This document shows, one piece after another, positions 59,300-64,000 of a DNA stretch of 64,000 nt. Made by a program: the position numbers and the translations under genes. Where the stretch lies: positions 1 through 64,000 of the IMG/VR virus record IMGVR_UViG_3300024319_000005; one strand, given 5' to 3'. How positions within the stretch are numbered: position 1 is the stretch's first letter; every line of letters starts with the position of its first letter. The notes under the pieces are model-generated. The model was not told the DNA's origin, ran no database searches, and saw nothing but the letters and a program-made list of their open reading frames with translations. The stretch comes from a virus.

Positions 59300-59335
59300 C
59301 AAATATAAAACGAATATCTGGATTATCCTAATTTT
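59300..59335 (-). promoter_or_regulatory. Bacteroidota sigma70 promoter for the late block
   Basis: Minus strand -7 box TATATTTG at 59307-59300; degenerate -33. Confidence 0.65.
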
Positions 59336-59638
59336 TTAGCACTTATTTTTAAAAAACTTTTAATCGAAGGAGAGTACTTATAAATAAGGGGTTGGGTTCA
59401 TTTGAGGGTAGTGCATTAGAGCTTAAATATAAATTACATTATTTAAAAAATGGAAATATGGCGTAAAAAGTTGCCTAAAATAAAAAATTTTTTTTTTTAA
59501 AAAAATGGATTTGCGTATAGATAACCTCCGTCGATGTATACAAACAATTACCCCAAACTAATTATTGACAGAATTGTACCCCCAGGGTACGATTCATAAT
59601 TTTTATCGAAAGCTTTCTGCTTTCAAAAATTTCGTACT

Positions 59639-59962
59639 ATGACTTTTAATGATTTGTTAGACACTCTTAACGTTAACTCTCTTTCTTTAACAATGCAGAA
59701 AGATTTAGACGGTATTGAGACTGGGTATGCTACTCAGTGGGATGCTTCTACTCGTACGAGAGTAGTTATGTCTCCTGAAGCCCTTGCAGGTGCTTCAGAC
59801 CCTTCTGTTAACAACTTCGTTGTTATTCCTTCTTCATTAGTTTCTAAGGACAAGACTGTCCTTAACAAAGAGACTGGTGCTGAAGAAACTATTAAGGGAC
59901 AACCTTATGTGAATAACTTCGTTATTCTCGGTGAGCCAACTATTACGTTTGGCAGACACTAG
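59639..59962 (+). CDS. First early-strand hypothetical protein
   Basis: 107 aa followed by a hairpin. Confidence 0.75.
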   Translation: MTFNDLLDTLNVNSLSLTMQKDLDGIETGYATQWDASTRTRVVMSPEALAGASDPSVNNFVVIPSSLVSKDKTVLNKETGAEETIKGQPYVNNFVILGEPTITFGRH

Positions 59963-59976
59963 ACTTTGATACACTT

Positions 59977-59998
59977 CCTCTGAGCTTCGGCTCAGGGG
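59977..59998 (+). other. Stable cUUCGg-capped hairpin
   Basis: cctctgagc-ttcg-gctcagggg. Confidence 0.75.
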
Positions 59999-60002
59999 AT
60001 TA

Positions 60003-60042
60003 AAGCTTGACCTGAACATGTCGCAAACTGTTCTATTTTTTT
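60003..60042 (+). repeat. Repeated pseudoknot/U-tract element, copy 1
   Basis: aagcttgacctgaacatgtcgcaaactgttctattttttt. Confidence 0.7.
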
Positions 60043-60241
60043 GTAGTACATTGGAGATAATACATACGACGGTATGAATCCATAGCATAACTGGGGTCGA
60101 AAATGATAAGTCAACGATGTACTTATTGATGCGCCAATGTACTATTTTTACCTAACGGTAAAAACTTGTCACTTTTAAAAAGTGTTATGACATCGTAGTT
60201 ATAATTACGTTACGGTACATTTACTAATCTTTAAATAATTC

Positions 60242-60412
60242 ATGATTATGATGCATTTGGATACTGTTATTAAACTAGACAGTTTACAAGACCTTTGGAC
60301 TATTGACACTAATGCTCAGTTTGAGACTATGAGTGGTATAGATACTGAGGGTACTTACATAGTCTTTTATAAGATAGGTAAGCAATACTACAGTGTAAGA
60401 CTAAACTCTTAA
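60242..60412 (+). CDS. Small hypothetical protein (56 aa, not in track)
   Basis: MIMMHLDTVIKLDSL...YYSVRLNS, hand-translated. Confidence 0.6.
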   Translation: MIMMHLDTVIKLDSLQDLWTIDTNAQFETMSGIDTEGTYIVFYKIGKQYYSVRLNS

Positions 60413-60413
60413 T

Positions 60414-60453
60414 AAGCTTGACCTGAGTATGTCGCAAAAGACTCAATTTTTTT
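60414..60453 (+). repeat. Repeated pseudoknot/U-tract element, copy 2
   Basis: aagcttgacctgagtatgtcgcaaaagactcaattttttt. Confidence 0.7.
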
Positions 60454-60476
60454 CTTAACCTTTAGAACATTACGTT

Positions 60477-60548
60477 ATGGAATACACAATAGAAGAACTC
60501 ATTGCAGAGGTACAAGCTTTAACTGATTACTTAACTTGGCTAGATTAG
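60477..60548 (+). CDS. Possible 23-aa acidic micropeptide
   Basis: MEYTIEELIAEVQALTDYLTWLD; amphipathic helix pattern. Confidence 0.35.
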   Translation: MEYTIEELIAEVQALTDYLTWLD

Positions 60549-60677
60549 CCAGGTTAAACAGTTGGTTAAATACCTTTAGAAAGAGTCATGATATCGTAGT
60601 TTTTGGTTAACATCTTAACCAGGAATCATGACATCGAAGTTTCCTGACTCCTGACTCCTGACTCCTTATTCTTTTAC

Positions 60678-60875
60678 TTGCTAAATTATATAATTATGTT
60701 ACACCTAAAAATTGTATTCTTTTTCTATCTTATACTATCTATATGCTGCTTTACTACAATATTCGTAGGAGATTTACCTTATATAAGCCTTACCGCTACA
60801 ATAGGACTAACCGTAGTCACTGTTACCGTAGGTCAATGCATCCAACGATGCAAACAACCTCCCCAATCTAATTAA
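60678..60875 (+). CDS. Small two-TM membrane protein
   Basis: Two hydrophobic segments. Confidence 0.45.
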   Translation: MLNYIIMLHLKIVFFFYLILSICCFTTIFVGDLPYISLTATIGLTVVTVTVGQCIQRCKQPPQSN

Positions 60876-61033
60876 TGGGGTTCGTCCTTGAATAATTCTA
60901 CTGGATTTACGTAGAATTTTTAATTTTTGTTGGTAAATAGGTTACGTTGGGATTAGTACCAACCATACCTTTTACCCTCTTTTTGACACTTACTTATAAT
61001 CACATTCCTAATGAATAATTAAATTCTTTTAAA

Positions 61034-61192
61034 ATGAAAGACTTTCTATCAATCCTATATTTAGTTATAGCTCTATCAATACTTCTTATTGGTTCTTTAA
61101 CTATTATACTTATACTTTCAGATTATCCAGAGATGATATTTGCTAGTATAGCTGTATATTTTACTTTCAACTATTTAGTAGACAAGGTCTAA
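61034..61192 (+). CDS. Small two-TM membrane protein (52 aa, not in track)
   Basis: MKDFLSILYLVIALSILLIG...YLVDKV. Confidence 0.5.
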   Translation: MKDFLSILYLVIALSILLIGSLTIILILSDYPEMIFASIAVYFTFNYLVDKV

Positions 61193-61242
61193 GTTCTAAC
61201 CTAGTAATAGAACGTAATTATAATATCAAAATATATTTTCAA

Positions 61243-61743
61243 ATGAAATACTTTATAACAATACTTACATTATTATCTATTACTAATTTCACTTATTCTC
61301 AAGACTATAGTTATGTAGATAAACTATCTAACACTAACTATACTGAGTGGAATGGTCAAGTAGGACATACTAGTATAGAAAAACCTGTACGAGCTGTAAT
61401 AGAATACCAAGGCAATTACAATTTTATATTTAACTTAGTATTAAGTTTAGAAACTAAAGACAAAGGGTTTTTTACTTTACCTTTTAAAGCTACACATAGC
61501 ACTGCTTTTGATGGCGAAAGTGGAACAGTTATCCTTAAATTAAAGGATTTTGGTAGTCCAGCTTTGTTTATAAAAATACAAATACCAAACAAGCATGGCT
61601 TTCAATGTATAGTACATTACTTATACATTAAATCTTTTATAAATGATGTACCTCTTAGAATAGTAATAAAAGATCAAAAGATTATAGACATAATAGATAC
61701 TCTTACTTCTTCAATAAATAAACAAGAGTATTATGGTATATAA
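61243..61743 (+). CDS. Secreted hypothetical protein
   Basis: Bacteroidota-type signal peptide MKYFITILTLLSITNFTYSQ. Confidence 0.7.
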   Translation: MKYFITILTLLSITNFTYSQDYSYVDKLSNTNYTEWNGQVGHTSIEKPVRAVIEYQGNYNFIFNLVLSLETKDKGFFTLPFKATHSTAFDGESGTVILKLKDFGSPALFIKIQIPNKHGFQCIVHYLYIKSFINDVPLRIVIKDQKIIDIIDTLTSSINKQEYYGI

Positions 61744-61891
61744 AGGATGGCAGATAGAAGAAGATGATTGGTTCAAAGACAATTATGTTGCTTGGGATTT
61801 AAATGATTGTGATAATCACAATATACTGCACAGTATTTCTCTAGAATCTATTAAAATAGAAATAGATGAGTACATTGACGATTATAATTAA
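61733..61891 (+). CDS. Small acidic hypothetical protein (52 aa, not in track)
   Basis: MVYKGWQIEEDD...SIKIEIDEYIDDYN. Confidence 0.6.
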   Translation: MVYKGWQIEEDDWFKDNYVAWDLNDCDNHNILHSISLESIKIEIDEYIDDYN

Positions 61892-62009
61892 TGCCTTGAA
61901 ATAACAGGCGAGTTTGGCAACTACTCTAAATAAGTTGCATTTACCTCAGTACAACATAGCTTAAGTAATCGTTAAGTAATATTGTTGTACTGGGTATTTT
62001 AAACAACAG

Positions 62010-62148
62010 TATAGCGTCTCTTTTATGAGTGAGGTTAGATAGATAGGTAAGGTAACTATGTTACGTGAGCATGGAGTAGGATTGCAATTAAGCAATAAAC
62101 TGAAATACGCTTTACTTACTAATGAGAGTTCGAGTCTCTTGCGCTATA
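62010..62148 (+). ncRNA. tRNA-like element (acceptor stem + T-arm, non-canonical centre)
   Basis: tatagcgt/gcgctata stem with adjacent gagag-TTCGAGT-ctctt arm. Confidence 0.45.
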
Positions 62149-62189
62149 TTTTTTTATTTCCTAACATCATTATTAAATTTATATAAAAA

Positions 62190-62564
62190 ATGAAACTTAT
62201 TGACTATATCGTAATACTTTACATTATAATTTTTCTAACTTATGTACCATACAAATCTTACTGTATGTATTTAGATAATTTACCAACTAAGAGTTCTGTA
62301 GAATATTCATATACAGAACAAGCAAAAGTGTACATAGGAAAAGATAAATTAGAGCTTGAAGTTACATATTGTAACGACAATACTGAAATAAACTCTATGA
62401 AATCTGAAATAATAGGTGACTACGTATTTGTAGGGTCATATGAAGATATGGAATCTATTATTAATTTATGTTTAGAGAACCAACCTATCGATAATACTGT
62501 TACATATCTTAGAGATTACTATAAAAATATAGTAATAACATCATTAAATAACATTAAAATATAA
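62190..62564 (+). CDS. Hypothetical membrane-anchored protein
   Basis: N-terminal TM. Confidence 0.65.
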   Translation: MKLIDYIVILYIIIFLTYVPYKSYCMYLDNLPTKSSVEYSYTEQAKVYIGKDKLELEVTYCNDNTEINSMKSEIIGDYVFVGSYEDMESIINLCLENQPIDNTVTYLRDYYKNIVITSLNNIKI

Positions 62565-62569
62565 CAAAA

Positions 62570-63118
62570 ATGAGTAAACTATTTAATTTTAAAGCAACAG
62601 TATGGGAAACAGTAGTTGTACCTGAACATTTAGAAGATAAAATTGCAACTTTAATTTCTAATGGTATTATACAATCTAGAGAAGAGCTAGAAAACTATCT
62701 AAAATCAGTAGGTGAAACTGCTGAGGTTTACTTTGAATCTTCATTTAATGATAGTCCGTTACCACCTTCATTTACACAAATGAGTGTAGCGCAAAATAGT
62801 GGTGACCCTACAATAGAAGTTCTTCACGATAATAAAATCATCTGGGATAATACTTTACCACTTACTACAGATAGTTATAAAATATGTATACTTACAAAAA
62901 CAATTAAAGGATTGTCAGAAGAAAGTATATATGGTACTGAAGAGCAAGCACTAGAGTCAGCATACAAAGATGTAATGAATCCAGTGTATTTTAGAGCTCC
63001 TAATAGCAATGATACTCTATCAAATTACATAGATGAATACTACGAGTATGTATCTACAACGTTAGACAATCTAACTGATTACAATATATCTGTTAGATAC
63101 TTAAACATTAACCTTTAA
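62570..63118 (+). CDS. Hypothetical protein
   Basis: 182 aa ORF. Confidence 0.7.
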   Translation: MSKLFNFKATVWETVVVPEHLEDKIATLISNGIIQSREELENYLKSVGETAEVYFESSFNDSPLPPSFTQMSVAQNSGDPTIEVLHDNKIIWDNTLPLTTDSYKICILTKTIKGLSEESIYGTEEQALESAYKDVMNPVYFRAPNSNDTLSNYIDEYYEYVSTTLDNLTDYNISVRYLNINL

Positions 63119-63131
63119 AATTTATATACAA

Positions 63132-63392
63132 ATGGATAGAAATAATTTTCATACTAAGACTGACTTAACTTATGATTGGATAATAAAGTCAAAGATAGCT
63201 ACTGAGCAAGAAATTAGATTAGTTACTTCTATAATAGGTTATAATTTAGATTCTTTAAATGATATTATATTTGCTAGAACAGCTTATAAAGATATGACAC
63301 AACATCCAGCAGGAGAAATACAGTCTGTAACAGAAGATCAAATATCTTCTCTATCTGAACCTATTAATAACATAGAATTTATAGCATGGTAA
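63132..63392 (+). CDS. Hypothetical protein
   Basis: 86 aa ORF. Confidence 0.65.
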   Translation: MDRNNFHTKTDLTYDWIIKSKIATEQEIRLVTSIIGYNLDSLNDIIFARTAYKDMTQHPAGEIQSVTEDQISSLSEPINNIEFIAW

Positions 63393-63991
63393 ATATAAAA
63401 CACAATCTTATCGGAATCTCTGGCAAAATCAGCTCAGGAAAAGATTTAGCAGGTAAGATATTAAACGATCTTTCAGGAAATATTTTTGAAAACAAAAAAT
63501 TTGCAGATAAACTTAAAGATATAGTTTGCTTACTTATTGGATGTACTAGAGAGCAATTAGAAGATAGAGAGTTTAAAGAAAAAGAACTCGGTGAAGAGTG
63601 GAGGCAATATTTTAATGACGATTATGATTTAGTTTATGAAAAAGAAAGCACATTTTCTTCATTATTAACACCTCGTAAACTTCTACAACTTTTAGGTACT
63701 GAATGTGGTAGACAAATTATCCATCCTAACATTTGGGTAAATGCTTTGTTTGCTGATTATACTCCTTTAACATCTTGGCTAGTAACAGATGTTAGATTCC
63801 CTAACGAATGCCAAGCTATTAAAAATAGAGGTGGTATTGTTATAAAAATAAATAGAGACTTTGATGTAGTAGACAACCATTCATCGGAAACAGCTCTAGA
63901 CAATTACAATGGATTTGATTTTGTTGTAGATAACAATGGAAGTATAGATGACCTTACTAATAACTTAATAAAAATAATTAACAATGATTAA
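63386..63991 (+). CDS. Deoxynucleoside monophosphate kinase (T4 gp1-like)
   Basis: GISGKISSGKD, FADKLK, TPRKLLQLLGTECGR, DVRFPNE and HSSE. Confidence 0.92.
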   Translation: MVNIKHNLIGISGKISSGKDLAGKILNDLSGNIFENKKFADKLKDIVCLLIGCTREQLEDREFKEKELGEEWRQYFNDDYDLVYEKESTFSSLLTPRKLLQLLGTECGRQIIHPNIWVNALFADYTPLTSWLVTDVRFPNECQAIKNRGGIVIKINRDFDVVDNHSSETALDNYNGFDFVVDNNGSIDDLTNNLIKIINND

Positions 63992-64000
63992 TTTCAAAAA

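Noticed and set aside
59837-60088. 83-aa minus-strand ORF
   Set aside because: Overlaps the plus-strand early gene and its downstream RNA elements
1-64000. Stop-codon reassignment as in some crAss-like phages
   Set aside because: Genes are full length in the standard code, and TAA, TAG and TGA all end genes at tight junctions

Overview
This AT-rich window looks like part of a crAss-like (Crassvirales-type) podovirus genome. TTTG-N19-TAnnTTTG promoters point to a Bacteroidota host, probably a flavobacterium. The standard genetic code is used. Bases 1-59,000 form one minus-strand late/structural block. In transcription order it holds small DNA-binding and chaperone genes, TerL, GroEL, portal, scaffold-like protein, major capsid, ring and auxiliary capsid proteins, two giant tail fibres, a DUF285/BspA repeat adhesin, a Cys-rich Ig-repeat cluster, a lysis-like cassette, a phosphoesterase, a nuclease, tail ring/IHF/muzzle genes and the injected cargo genes. 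The last cargo ORF is a giant that runs off the left edge and is missing from the ORF track. After the strand switch near 59.4 kb come small plus-strand early genes and a dNMP kinase. There are four main leads. (1) Three adjacent Cys-rich genes have their Ig-like repeat split exactly at the gene boundaries, suggesting a pilus-like virion filament built by donor-strand complementation (base, polymerising shaft, cap). (2) A ~320-nt non-coding RNA with long-range pairings starts right behind the late promoter. (3) Enzyme cassettes in the giant cargo protein are joined by a conserved T(S/N)EV(E/K) linker. (4) H-type pseudoknots recur next to U-tracts, and one pair shows covariation. All functional calls come from reading motifs and synteny; no database searches were run.
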